Part shown: piece after piece, positions 36,925 through 50,049 of the stretch
How positions within the stretch are numbered: position 1 is the first letter of the stretch
Layout: the number at the start of each line of letters is the position of its first letter
NCBI RefSeq assembly: GCF_001194135.2
Contig: NC_068982.1
Span: forward strand, 86,011,553 to 86,075,552
Direction of reading: 5' to 3'
DNA from: Octopus bimaculoides
Lineage: Eukaryota
Length of the DNA: 64,000 nt
The notes under the pieces: generated by a model
What the model saw: the letters and a program-made list of their open reading frames with translations, nothing else
What the model was told of the DNA's origin: nothing
Database searches by the model: none
Position numbers and translations under genes: made by a program

Positions 36925-37501
36925 ATATATTATTTTATTTAAAAGAATTCCAACTCTGTCTGTTTTTTATGTTTTATTTATATTCTTGTAAAATTAACGT
37001 GGGATATAGAATATCGAATATATAATATATAATATAAAAATGGATGGTACAATGAAATGAAGTATTGAATGTCTTATTGAATATATGGGATATGTCTTAT
37101 TGAATATATGAAATATTAAGTGTTCAATATAAAGGATTAAATATATAAAGGCGAATACATATTTTCTATANNNNNNNNNNNNNNNNNNNNNNNNNNNNNN
37201 NNNNNNNNNNNNNNNNNNNAGTCTGTCATACCGGCCATGATGAAATACCACAAGGTACAGAAAATATGTATTCGCCTTTATATATTTAATCCTTTATATT
37301 GAACACTCAATATTTCATATATTCAATAAGACATATCCCATATATTCAATAAGACATTCAATACTTCATTTCATTGTACCATCCATTTTTATATTATATA
37401 TTATATATTCCATATTCTATATCCCACATTAATTTTACAAGAATATAAATAAAACATAAAAAACAGACAGAGTTGGAATTCTTTTAAATAAAATAATATA
37501 T
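36925..37501. repeat. Near-perfect foldback, ~245-bp arms around a 49-N gap and short spacer
   Basis: 36925-37170 is the reverse complement of ~37257-37501 with only a handful of substitutions; TA-rich flanks. Confidence 0.85.
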
Positions 37502-37610
37502 ATATATATATATATATATGCATGTTTGTGCTCATGGTTAAATTGTATTTGTGTGGTGGACATGCTTTTCATTTTAGTATGCAAGTGTTTTACACTATTT
37601 ATACTATATA

Positions 37611-37807
37611 CGAGGGGTGTTGAAAAGTTTCTGTCTTTGGGCAAAAGGAAATACAAGAGGATCAGTTAATTATGATTTTATTCAACATATTCCCCTCTCA
37701 CATTCACACACTGATTGCAGTGTTTCTTCAGTTTTTCTAAACCCTGTAAAAGAACTCAGAAGGCATTTCACAATACCCTTAAAGCCAGGAACTTTCAGCA
37801 CCCTTTG
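37611..37807. mobile_element. Mariner-derived MITE (~200 bp)
   Basis: ta|cgaggggtgttgaaaagtttctg ... ccaggaactttcagcaccctttg|ta: imperfect TIRs, TA flanks. Confidence 0.75.
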
Positions 37808-38002
37808 TATGTATGTATGAAAGTATGCATATGTAAGCTCCACAGGTTGTTACTGAGGAGGGAAAGTCACCCAAAATGATACAGAGGATCTTTCATGAAT
37901 GCTCATCTACTGTGAGTTGTTGAAAGAGAGTGTGATAGGTCAGTGGCTGACAGAGTTAGAGAGGCTGCCATTTTAGGGGATGAGATGAGATGAGATGAAG
38001 AA

Positions 38003-38074
<72 letters not shown>

Positions 38075-38398
38075 GAAGATTGAAGTGACCTGCTTGGGAG
38101 CATACTGCCTGACAATCATAAAATGAACATTATCAGAACAGTTTGTTTTGTGAGTTTGAAATGACTGCAGAAATTATTGCATTTGCAGAATGTGCATAGA
38201 GTAGTGAGAGACATAGGTTTGAGTGGGAAAGATCAGGAGATATTCTAGGCTAAATTTAATATAATTTGAATCTAATTTAAATATAGCAAAACTCAATGGC
38301 ATTTGGTCTAACTGTTTTCAGATTGAGACTTTATTGAAATTTATCAATGATAATAATAGATTGTCTTAATGAAAAATAATCCTTAGATTAATACTTAC

Positions 38399-38454
38399 CT
38401 TTGAAGGAACGTTGGAAAGTGACGTGGCTCGACGCGTCAGCGTTGAAGAATCTC
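38399..38454 (-). CDS. IRAG1-like: Host gene micro-exon D (56 nt, phase 1-0)
   Basis: Acceptor attatag|GA, consensus donor AAG|gtaagt. Reads (G)DSSTLTRRATSLSNVPSK; CpG-retaining island in very AT-rich DNA; position resembles MRVI1 RTARSMSLTLGK. Confidence 0.75.
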
Positions 38455-39039
38455 CTATAATTTTTACAAATTGAAATAGATCATTTCACAAATGGAATTT
38501 CAATGTTAGAACACTGATTAACATATATACACAGCAAAAACATTAAATTCAGCTCATAATTTATATAAAATTTTGTCATAATTTATATAATTTCTAAATA
38601 CATAAAATTAATAATTTTCTGTTCTTTCAGATAAAATAGCAAAGAAATATATTAATCATGTATATATCATTATTAATTATATGTATATAATTAAGAAAAT
38701 TAGGATGTATGTTATTTCAATAATACTATGCATCATCATCAATAATATTAATATGCTAATACGTACATATGTACGTACCTGTGGTGTGTGTCACACTTAG
38801 TTGAAAGGAAGAGGTAAAAAAAAGAGAAATAAAACTTGTTAAGCAGAGGCACTATAGTTGAAGTGAGAGGCAAAATGGCAAAGAGGAGGGAGTAGGAGGG
38901 AGTGAGACAGAGAGGGGGAGATTGATAGTGCTGAGAGGTGAGAGAAATATAAGGCACATTAAACATAGGAGGACCATTAGAGACAAGGCAACATAGAGGA
39001 GGGAGAGAAGTGACAGGACTAGAATAGAGGGCGATTTAG

Positions 39040-40440
39040 TTAAGAACCTAGACAAGGCTGTGGAATCTGGCTCTGCATCTAAAGTGCTGGCAGTGAGAAC
39101 GGTCTTGTACTGTCAGCTCAATTCCAAGCACGAAGGTTGCAGAGTTAGAGCTAAGCTACGTGCAGGGAAATGAGAAGGTATTAACGTTGCCAGATGGGCA
39201 CGTTGTGTGGAGAGTCAGAGAGGTAAAAATGCCTTTATAAAGTCTTTAACTGACGAACAGGGGCACAAGATCTATGAACACGAGGAGATGCAGAAAGTCT
39301 TTCACCAGCATTTCGCCCGCTTGTTCGGGGAGAGCAGTTCGCTTGAGCGAGAGGAGGCCTTAAAGGACTTCCTAGCTGGTGGGCTGCAACTCTCGGCACA
39401 TGAGGTGGAGTGCTGTGAAGGACCAATCACTCCCACGGAGGTAAAAGAGGTATTGGCCAAGTGCGCTGCGGAAAAGTCGCTGGGGCTGGATGGTCTGCCC
39501 CTATGAGTTTTATCGTTGTATGCTGGACTTGTTCGGGGATATACTGGCAGGCGTCTATACAAACTGGCAACAGAATGGGAGGATTCTCAGTTCTGTGAGC
39601 TGGGAAGTGGTGACGTTGATCCAGAAAGACCTGAGCAAGGGGGATAGTATTAGCAATTACAGGCCCATAACTCTACTTAATGTAGAGTTAAAGATTTTGG
39701 CCAAGGTGTTAAGAGAAAATGTTGACAGCTGTCATGGAGAAACTTGTATGGAATGCACAGACATTTGCAATCCCAGGCAGGTCGATCCAGGACAATCTTC
39801 ACCTTTTCCACTACACCTTAGACAGGGTTGGTAAATTATCTGGCAAAGGTGGGGTAATGGTCCATTTAGACCAAAATAAAGCATTTAATAGGGTAGATCA
39901 TCGGTACCTGGCGGCAGTCCTTGAAGCGGCTGGGCTGGACCCCGGCTTTCGTGGGTGGATCTCCGCTATGTACAGTGACATCAAGTCCACAGTCCAGATA
40001 AATGGTTACCCGATGGAGCCGTTTTCAATCAAGCGCTCAGTTTGTCATGGATGTCCTTTGTATCTGCTTCTGTATATGTTGGCTCTTGAGCCATTGCTGC
40101 GGAAATTGGAGAAGTTGGGAGAAGTCTGTTTCTGCTTATGCTGATGACGTCACCTTCATTGTCTCCAACAAAGCACAGCTACCTTGTGTAGAAGATACGA
40201 GGTGGTGGCAGGGGCAAAAGTTAACAAGGACAAGTCCATTGGCTTGCACCTTGGCACCTGGAGGAGCAAGTTGATATCGTCCAGTGTCATGGGTCACTGG
40301 ACAGATAGTCCTGTTAAGTTGCTTGGAATTTGGTTTGGACCAGACTCTCAGACGGAGAAGAATTGGAGAAAGGTGGCAGACAAGGTAGAGGCTCTAGTAC
40401 GGGCTTGGTCCAGAAGGGCTCTGTCCTTGAAAGTGTTTAT
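39040..40440 (+). mobile_element. Tx1/L1-clade LINE ORF2 RT fragment
   Basis: KSLGLDGLP, NYRPITLLNVELKILAKVL, PGRSIQDN, LDQNKAFNRVDH, HGCPL, YADDVT; frameshifted. Confidence 0.9.
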
Positions 40441-40769
40441 TGCATCTTTAATCTCTACTGCCATCTTTAATCACTTGTTAGTCTCTTCTCACACTCTTAT
40501 GAAAGTATCTACTCTCTCATCCCCTCCCACAACCCACTGTCCATATTCTATCTTATGCTCATCCTCTTGTACATGAGAGTTTACTCTAGTACCCCTTCAC
40601 TACATTCCTTTTATATTCTTCAGCCATGTACCTCCTCTACAGCAAAACATCTGTGTTTGTCCCTCTTTTATACTTTAGCCTTTCAATACATGGCATAAAG
40701 CTACCCACCTCCACCTCCCCCTCTGAAATACTCCTCTCTTAGTAGTGGGAGCTTTTTCTTTTTACTCAG

Positions 40770-40975
40770 CTCATTTTCTATCTTGTGCCAGCAGCACAAA
40801 AAAAAGCATCCTGTACAATCTGTAAAGTGGTTGGTATTAGGAAGGGCACCCAGCCATAGAATCCAACTGATATTGAAGTTCAATATGGCTTTGCAGCCTG
40901 CCAGATCCTGCTAAACCATCCAATGTATACCAGATAGGGAAACAGATATTAATGATGATGAGGATGATGATGTCA
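40770..40975 (+). mobile_element. Degenerate RTE 3' UTR fragment
   Basis: aaaaagcatcc...taggaagggcacccagc and (GAT)n-like tail. Confidence 0.65.
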
Positions 40976-41038
40976 TTTTTGTTGGTGTTGCTTTGACTTG
41001 AAGAGTACAAGAATATGAAAAATGCTTTTTTATGTGTG

Positions 41039-43856
41039 TGTTATGATGTGGGTATATACATCTGGTGTAAAATAAATAGTTGGTTGTGATTATCTAAAAA
41101 TAACCTGTTGCAGAAATATATGTTAACACAGAATGCACTCCATGCTACTTGAATGTAGGAACAATACTCAGTATTCACTGTCCAAATACTAACTGTTAAA
41201 CCAACATTGAACTAACATGGTAAACCAACATGGTCAAACTAACACCCGTCAACTACTCCCTTGACCTTGACAGTTCACTCAGTTCTTATTTATTGTAATC
41301 AGTTCACCTTCAGTCACATGGGAGTGTTCAGGATGCTCCCATAACATCTTGAGAATTTAGCTCCACCTGAAGCTTAAGATCTTTTGTGTTTAGGGTCTAT
41401 TTTAAGTACTTCTGTTCATTTTCTTTTTCTCATACTTGAACATGTAGTTTCCACAATTTGCTTCCATCAAAATTTCGTTTCTTGTGACAGTTTCCTCAGT
41501 AACCCTTTTTTTTTGTAGTTGATTTATATCGCTTATGTTTGTGGTTGTGACCTTTGAGTAAAAGTAACACTTTCCCAATCTGTTTAGTAATCACTCTATC
41601 TTCCCACATATCTTTACCGTTTTTTTAATATTTTAAAGAAAACTTTGTAACTAATTTTGAAAAATTTTGCATTATATTTGTTGTTCGATATTTTTCTTTT
41701 CTTTCCTGGTAACAACTTCTTGAACAGTGATCTAATCTTCTTAGCAAACATTAGTTCTGGAGGTGACATTCCAGACCAGGTAATGGTATTTGGTGTCACT
41801 CGATATACCCTCAAAAACTGTTGAAGCACTAAGTTATCCATTATTTTATTGTTTGCTTTCTTTTTAGCTCTCTTTTTTGTATCAACAAAATGCTCCACTT
41901 GTCCATTTGACCTAGGATGAATCAGTGGAGTGGTCATATGTTTGATAGAGAACATTTAACAGAAATTTTTAAAATTCATTTGCAGTAAACTGAGTTCCAT
42001 TGTCAAACACAATGGTATCAGGAATACGATATCTGGCGAACAATTTGTGTAAAAAACTTACTGTAACCAAGGATGTCAGTTTTTTTACACCTATGTACTT
42101 CAAGCCACTTAGAAAAACTGTCTACCACAACATGGTAATGTGAACTGTTAAGTGAATCTGCAAAATCAACACGCTGTCTGGACCATGGGATATCTGTTTT
42201 TGGCCATGGATGCCATTTTGTGGTAGGTAATTTTGCTGCTTCTGCATGCTTTCATTAGTTCTTCAATCTCTTGGTCCATTCTTGGCCAATACACATAGCT
42301 TCTCATCAATGATTTCATTCTTGAAATCTTCAGGTGACCAATGTGAAATTCTTTTAGTATTTGTTTCTGTAGTGAGGGCAGCACTACCACTCTTTGTGCG
42401 TACATTAGCACATTGTCACAAATTGAGAATAGGTTTGAATTCATGATGCATTCTGCAAAATGCATATTTTCATTTCTTCTTCAGCACTCAAAATTCCTTT
42501 CATTTTTGTAATAAATTCATCATTTTCTGCTTTTAGTTTGATTTCTTCTAATGTAACTGGTAATTCTTGTACAACATTACGTAAAATATTTTTAATTTCT
42601 TTTTCTGCTCACAACATTGCAATCACAGTATCTTCAAACGGTTCAGTATTTTTTGGTATCAATCTTGATAAACAATCAGCATGTCCTAATTTCTTAGATG
42701 GTATAAACTCAATCTTAAAATTATAATTTAGTAATATAGTACCCCAGCATTGCAACCTATTAGCAGTATGGGTAGGAATTCCTTTCTTTGACCCATATAT
42801 AGATAATAATGGACGATGATCAATTTGTAGTTGAAAACTTTTGTGTAAGAATCTATGAAATCTTTTTATTGTGAAAATAATTGCTAGAGCCTCTTTTTCA
42901 ATTTGGCTGTAACTTTTCTCTGCTGGTAGAAGAAAATGTGAAGCATGGGCCACAGTCTTCATGTTACCATCCTCGGCCTCGTATTTATGTAAAATTACTG
43001 CTCTGATATTGTACTCACTGGCATCTGAAGCTAATACAATTACCAATGCAAGATCGAAATGTACTAAAGACAAATCTGACATTAATATCTTTTAAATTTC
43101 ATCAAATGCCTTCTGACAATTTTCAGACCAATTCCACTTTACATCTTTTTTTAGTAGATTATTTAGAGGAACTCTTGCTTTATGCATATTTGGTATATAA
43201 ATCTGATAATAGTTTACAAATCCCCAAAAAGCTTGTAAGGTAGATATATTTGTTGGAGGAGGCATATTTCTAATTGCATCTGCCTTTGACAGATCTGTTT
43301 TCAACCATTTTTATTAATAATTTGTCCTAAGTGCTTAATTTTAGGCAAAAAAAATTCACATTTCTCCTCACCCAGACTGAAACCATAATCTCTTATTTAA
43401 AAAAAACACATTTCACAAGTTTGATCAGGCGATTCACTTTTAACAATTTATCATCCAGGTAGGCCATTGCGATGTCACACTCTGCAAGCATCGCATCTAT
43501 CACTTATTAGAATATAGCTGGAGCAACTTTTATGCCAAACATGAGCTGGTTAAATTTGTACATGGGTATTAATTGTTAGCAGCTTAGTACATTTATCTTC
43601 TACTTGAGAACAATTTTCCACTGTTTAATTTTGAGATTTTCTCTGGGCTAGGTCATGGGTAGTTATACTGTCTTAAACATTCATTTAGTCCAGCTGAGAA
43701 ATCTGCACATACAGGTGCAGGCATGACTGTGTGGTAAGAAGCTTGCTTCCCAACCACATGATTCTGGGTTCAGTCCCACTGTGTGGCACCTTGGGCAAGT
43801 TTCTTCTACTATGGCCTTGTGAGTGGATTTGGTAGATGAAAGCTGAAAGAAGTGTG

Positions 43857-43928
<72 letters not shown>

Positions 43929-46059
43929 GTATGTACATGTTTGTGTATCTGTGTTTGTCCCCCCCACCATTGCTTGACAACTAATGTTGGTGTGTTTATG
44001 TCCCCATAACTTAGCAGTTTGGCAAAAGAGGTCAGTAGAATAAGTACTAGGCTTACAAAGAATAAGCTTTGGGGTCGATTCGTTCAACTAAAGGTCGTGC
44101 TCCAGCATGGCTGCTGTCAAATGACTGAAACAAGTAAATGAATAAAAGAATACACAAATTTTATTGCCCTTTTTTTTTTACATACACTGCTGGAGACCCC
44201 CAATCTGAATAGTTGATCTTTCCAATCACTCCCATTTTTTCCAGTCTATCTAATTCCTTATTCACTTGTTTAAGTGCTACAAATGGTACATCATATTTGG
44301 GTTTAAAAACTGGTAATGAATTTTCTTTTGCCAAAAATTTTGCTTTAAACTTATTGCACTGACCAAATCACCCCAAAAAAACATCAGGGAACAACCTTTA
44401 CACTTCGTTTTATAGAATTTTCTGACTTTGTATTTGAACTAGTGCATGACCCCATTACATTTTTACAAAAATTATTTATGGGTAAATACCATAAGTTGAA
44501 CAGTTCCATCCATTCCATTCCAAAAACATTGCTTGCATTTAATACATAAGCATTTACTTGTATAGCCTTACTGCAAAATGTAATGTTACAGATAATTTTG
44601 CCTTTAAAAATTGATTTAATTCCCAAGAATCCAAGTGCAATCTTCAAGGCTTCCCAATTGTTTTCTGTGTGTTTTCACTACCAGTATCAAACTATAAATT
44701 TATATTTGTATTATTAATTTTTACCTGCATAAGTTTCATTTGAGTCTTGTTTGTATTTCTTATCAGCAATAAACTGTTATTTTCAACATGATATTTTCTG
44801 TTGAACCGTTTTCTACGTTTTGTGTTACAGGCTGATTTTTTAATGACATATCTAACCATACTTGAAGCATTTTCGATTTTTATAAGGACAGTCAAATCTG
44901 CAGTATAATTCTTTCCATCCAAAACAGGTTAATTTTCTGCTTTTCATTTCTTACTTTTGGTCGCACTGACTGTATATGAGAACAGTTTCTCACTTCAGTT
45001 TGTTCTGTAGCATGCCTTAGGTTAATTATTCTCTGGCATTCCACAGATATTTCTTGTGTTAGCTTCTGATTCTCCATTAATTTAGTCAGAATTCGGTTAC
45101 GAATTTCTGCATCTTTCTTTTTTGTTAAACCTTGCACAAAAATTAAGCATTTAAACATTTCTGGTGTTAATTCATTAATTTTAAATCACTTGCAATCCCT
45201 ATTAACAATTCCAACTTATGTAATAAAATCTTTGTCCTCATTTTTGTAATATTCATGCATTGCCAGAATATAGAGCTTTTAATGCTGAAAATCTTTGATA
45301 GATTATTCACTGTTTCTTCAAAACAGACTTCACCCAGTTTCTTTGGTAATATGTAATTTCAATATTTCTCATGCTCGGCTGGTGCCAACTTTCTCAACAA
45401 AAGTCGATTTTTATTTCTCATCTTGCCAGTCGCAGCATTCTTCTCTAAAAATGTCCTCATACCTTCTAAAGTAAGCAGAGAATGTAGTACTCTCCTCTGG
45501 GTTATATGTGAACTCTCCAATTGAGTTTGTAACAGTGTCAGGGGTGAACAAACTAGATGTATTTTCTGTTTCCTTCTGTATCAGTTGTACCAACAGTTTA
45601 TATTGCTTCTGAAATTCCAACAACTGTTGTTGTTGTTGCTGTAATTGAATTACAAAAGCTAGAAAACCTTCCATGTTCAAGCAAAAATCAGTCCAGCATG
45701 AGCTTTGAATAATCTTGTCACCAAAAATATTATGACGTGAATATACATTCTGGTGTAAAATGGTATTACACAAATAAATAGTTGTTTGTGGTTATCTAAA
45801 AATAATCTATCGCAGAAGTATGTTAACACAGAATGCACTTCGTACTACTCAAATGTAGGTATGATACTCAGTATTCACTGTTCAACTACCAACTGTTAAA
45901 CCAACACATGTTGAACTAATACGGTGAACTAACATGGTAAACCAACAGTCGAACTAACACCCGTAAACTACTCCCTTGATAGTTCACTCAGTTCTTATTT
46001 ATTGTAATTGGTTAGTCCACCTTCAGTCATCTGGGGGTGTTCAGGATTCTCCCATAACA
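41039..46059 (-). mobile_element. Structurally complete but decayed Ty3/Gypsy element with both LTRs
   Basis: Direct repeats 41039-41346 and 45728-46059 with tgttatg...cataaca termini; PBS-like tggtgacaag at 45714-45723; flanks gtgtg/gtatg; gag (FTYNPEESTTFSAYFRRYEDIF), protease (IVDTGS), RT, RNase H (ASDAS...YSQIEKEALAI), integrase (HPRSNGQVE). Confidence 0.92.
43713..44152 (+). mobile_element. tRNA-derived SINE inserted into the Gypsy RT
   Basis: Same head, core and tail as 3404-3796, with a long (TA)n middle. Confidence 0.9.
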
Positions 46060-46744
46060 GTATGTAGTGGAAACCACTCTGATTTTCACATTTATGCTAT
46101 TCCGTACAGACAGAGAAGTTTACTTTCACATACATGTTAACACTAAAATATACTGCCTCTTGTATGTAGCAGCCATTTTACTTGGTTTATTAAGAGCTTT
46201 GAGTTTAGTGATATTCTAAATTTACGGTGATCTAAGTTATACAATCATGGATCTGACCTCATGTACACTGGATTGCACATTTTGCTAGGGAATCAGCATC
46301 CTTCATTTAACTGCCATGGCTATTTTTGTCTGACTCTTGAGAGATTACATAAACCAAGTTTTACAAGGGGAAACGAGAAAAAATTTCTGGGGGACCTTAT
46401 GCAGTTTTAGAACTTAACTCTCACAAACACTATATTCAGACTTTGACGTTGTATGTATTTTACACATACATTAAACTCATCTCAGTTAAATCCATTTGTT
46501 GCCAATACACTTTTTTTTTAATGAATTGCTGATATACAGTAATTCCCATACATGTGGAAAGCATGCAATGTCTTATGCATATCAAAATAATCCTTTGTAG
46601 TTACATAGTTGTTGAATTAAACATTGTGAATTATTGGGCATGTTTTTTTAAATCCTCTTTCTGAAAATATGAGAGTAGTCTGAAAAATTGATAGACTAAC
46701 TATGAAGGAATGATGCTAGAGGTGTGAAATCTTGCATGTCAGTA

Positions 46745-47851
46745 CGAGGGTCAGCTGAAAAGTTCATACATTGACCAAGATACTCTTATGGAATGTGACC
46801 AAATGAGGTTTATCTTTCAACACAGTCTCCCTTGCAATCCACACACTTCTCCCATCAGTGTTGCACTACTTGGATCTCACTGGTGAAGAAGCTTTCATCC
46901 TGTTAGTTAAAAAAATCAGCAACAGCAGACATGATATCCTCATCACCATGATACTGATTCCCAACCAAGTATCCATTAATTTCAGCTCTTCTTATTAATA
47001 ATTGCATTGTTTCTTTCCAGGTAAACTGATATCTGACTTCAAAAGTAACCAGTAGTGACTTCTTTTGAAAATGGACAAAATTTAGCATCATGATGTAATT
47101 AAGTATCTGCAGAAAAAGGGTTTAATCCCCAAGGACATTCACGCTGACGTGGCTACTATATTAGGTGATGATGCTCCAGCTTTATCAACAGTGTCTGAAT
47201 TTAGGAAAGGAAGGGAGAATCTTGAAGATGATCCAAGGTTTGGGTGTCCTGCAACTGCCACCACTGAGGAAAACATTGATTGTGTTCGTTACATGGTGAT
47301 GGATGACAGGCAATTGACTATGAATCAAATAGCCAATGCTCTTAGCATATCCCATGAGAAAGTTGAGAATATTCTGCACAATTAACTTGGCATGACAAAG
47401 GTTTCTTCTTGGTAGGTGCCACATCTTCCTGAAACCTGATCAAAAGCACACCAGGCTGATCACATTATGGGAAAATTAAACATTATTTCAGGCAGTGCCA
47501 GCTGCTTTCCTTGAACGTTTCCTAACCCAGGATGACTGCTGTGAGTGACTGGTTTTGAACTGATTTGGCCTATTCTCTTGATTTAGCCTCATCTGACTAT
47601 CATTTGTTCCCCAACATGAAAAAACACTTAGTTGGGAATCAGTATCATGGTGATGAGGATATCATGTCTGCTGTTGCTGATTTTTTTAACTAACAGGATG
47701 AAAGCTTCTTCACCAGTGAGATCCAAGTAGTGCAACACTGATGGGAGAAGTGTGTGGATTGCAAGGGAGACTGTGTTGAAAGATAAACCTCATTTGGTCA
47801 CATTCCATAAGAGTATCCTGGTCAGCGTATAAACTTTTCAGCTGACCCTCG
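46745..47851 (+). mobile_element. Internally deleted mariner with ~225-bp TIRs and TA TSD
   Basis: ta|cgagggtcagctgaaaagtt ... aacttttcagctgaccctcg|ta; N-terminal HTH (LEDDPRFGCP), PYSLDLASSDYHLFP; most of the DD core is missing; in-frame stops. Confidence 0.9.
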
Positions 47852-48178
47852 TACTGACAATGAATGTTTGTTCTTCATTATTTTATACAACTAAATAATT
47901 TTGATTTTTCTGTAATCCATGTCATTTACTTTGGCTGTTCTTATTCATTGAACTTATTTTACTCTGTGAATCTATCATCACCGTAAGTATTTCTTCTTTT
48001 GTAGGATTAAAAAATTTTTGACATTAGAGTTAATCTTCTTGTCTTCATTCTCATTATCATATTTATAGTCTTATCACAACTACTAATCATACTAAATATA
48101 CAAGGTTTTGTATAAGTTGATTAACAGCAGAACACACAGGCATTCACTTTCTTCCTTTCCTGAACATATGATAAACAT

Positions 48179-49369
48179 CAGTGATTCCCAATGTGGGCCA
48201 TACACCCCACCAGTAGGGTGTGTTATCCAAAAAATAGTAGTGGGGCATGAGATCCAAAACAATTATGGTGGGGAGTGGGATCAAAAAATATTGTGGTGGG
48301 GTGTGGGATCCAAACAAAATTGTGCTAGGGCATGGGATCCATGCTTTGTTATGAGCAGAGAGGTTCCATAGCAAACTTCAAGAGTATGACTGTAGGTTGC
48401 ATTTTGTGCAGTGAATAATGTAATGATATTTGATTGATTTCCAAACTTTTCTTTCGGTGACTTAAAATATTCCAAATTTGAATTGGCAGGATTGAGATGC
48501 TTTACTAACAAATGAACTTCTAGCCAGCCTGCCGACACGTTATTTGACAGATATCTCTGAGAAATTAAGCAGCTTGAACAAGTAGCTCCAAGATGCAAAT
48601 ATAACTTTTGTTGATACAAGAACAAAGGTTTTTGGATTCACTATAGTTTTAGAATTATGCCTAAAGAATATTTCTACATGAAATTTCATGAAATTTTACT
48701 GGTTGAATCAATGTGAGATAACTGATACTGCTACAGTATTGAGCATTTGAAAATGCTCAGACCTCGGTATGTTGATTTAAAGAAAATGAATTTTCCATCT
48801 TGGGTAACTCAACCATTGCTAATAGATATCTCTGAAGTTCCAATGTGATTTCAAGAAGAGTTATCAGAATTGCAGCATGATGAATCAGTGAATACTTTGC
48901 TAAAAATGAAAGGTACCAAGATGCAACTATGTGACAAAGTTGAAAGGAAATACCCTAACACTGCCATTTCAGCAAAGGAATTTTTTATTCATTTCCTCAC
49001 ATCTTATTTGTCGAGTGTGGCTGTAGTGTTGTTGATGATTTGGTTTGAGCCAAGAGAAACAGACTTGAAATTATAAAATGTGGTGATTTATGGCTGAAAC
49101 TAACAAAATTGTGTCCTCAAATAAAAGAAATTTGCCACAAATACCAGGCACAAAGTTTTCATTAAAGTGATTCACATTTTTTTGTAGTCATAATGTACTT
49201 ATTTTTCGTACTCAGTGCTTAATAAAAGAATTACTGGTAGATTATCTTGTATTAAATAGTTGTGATAAAATATTAAAAATAAAGTTGCTTTTTAACAACC
49301 ACCAGTAGTGCATACATTTTTCTGGAAAGTTATTGTGAGGCCTGGGGGAAAATAGGTTGGGAAACACTG
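48179..49369 (+). mobile_element. hAT (Buster/Charlie-type) deletion derivative
   Basis: TIRs cagtgattccca / tgggaaacactg; degenerate 8-bp TSD ataaacat/atatacac; YLTDISEKL, QEELSELQHDES and C-terminal dimerisation-like segment; ~27-bp subterminal repeats at 48240-48345. Confidence 0.85.
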
Positions 49370-50049
49370 ATATACACTTTACTAAGAAGGTATTTATTAT
49401 ATGTTCTTTGACATGATGTCCATATCCAGGAATTTAAAATTAAAACTGAAAAAGGTTTCTCCTAAATGGGCAAATGAAAGAGTTGTATATAATATCTAAT
49501 GAAATATAGAAGAGCTTAAAAACATAGAATGAGAAGCTAAAAACTAGAATTTTACAGAAATTGTGACAAAGCCAAGAATTTCAGAATACATATAGTATGA
49601 ATTATAAGCAACTACGGGCTAATATTTTCAGTGAAAACAAAAAGCCAATGAAAAACATAAAAGCAATGAGTCAACAAATGAGAACTCAACTCATAAGCCC
49701 ATAACAAGTTTCATCTCTTAGTTTGTCTTTGTCAAAATGAATTGAAATTGCAACAAAGTGTAAATATATCTGTCCTGTTGCAGATAAGAGCTGTGGAATT
49801 TTGTCTTCTAATAAAGATTCACATGTTCAATCCTAACTCAAATATATGTGACACCTGAAAGCAATATGAATATATGCTTTCTCAAATGTTTATATAAAAA
49901 AAAAACATGAAATGAAAGTAATGACCAATGCATCTTGAAAAAGAAAAGACATCTTAAAAACCAGTTAATACTACAATTTTGCTTTTTAAAATCTAATTCA
50001 TGTAACCTAAATTTAAAATACAATTCAAATAAAAAATGAATTTACAAAC

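Noticed and set aside
45411-45773. Poly-Q ORF as a host gene
   Set aside because: It is the gag start of the LTR element, immediately after the LTR and PBS.
48240-48345. Repeat-spacer (CRISPR-like) array
   Set aside because: Units are contiguous degenerate tandem repeats inside a eukaryotic hAT element, with no unique spacers or cas genes.
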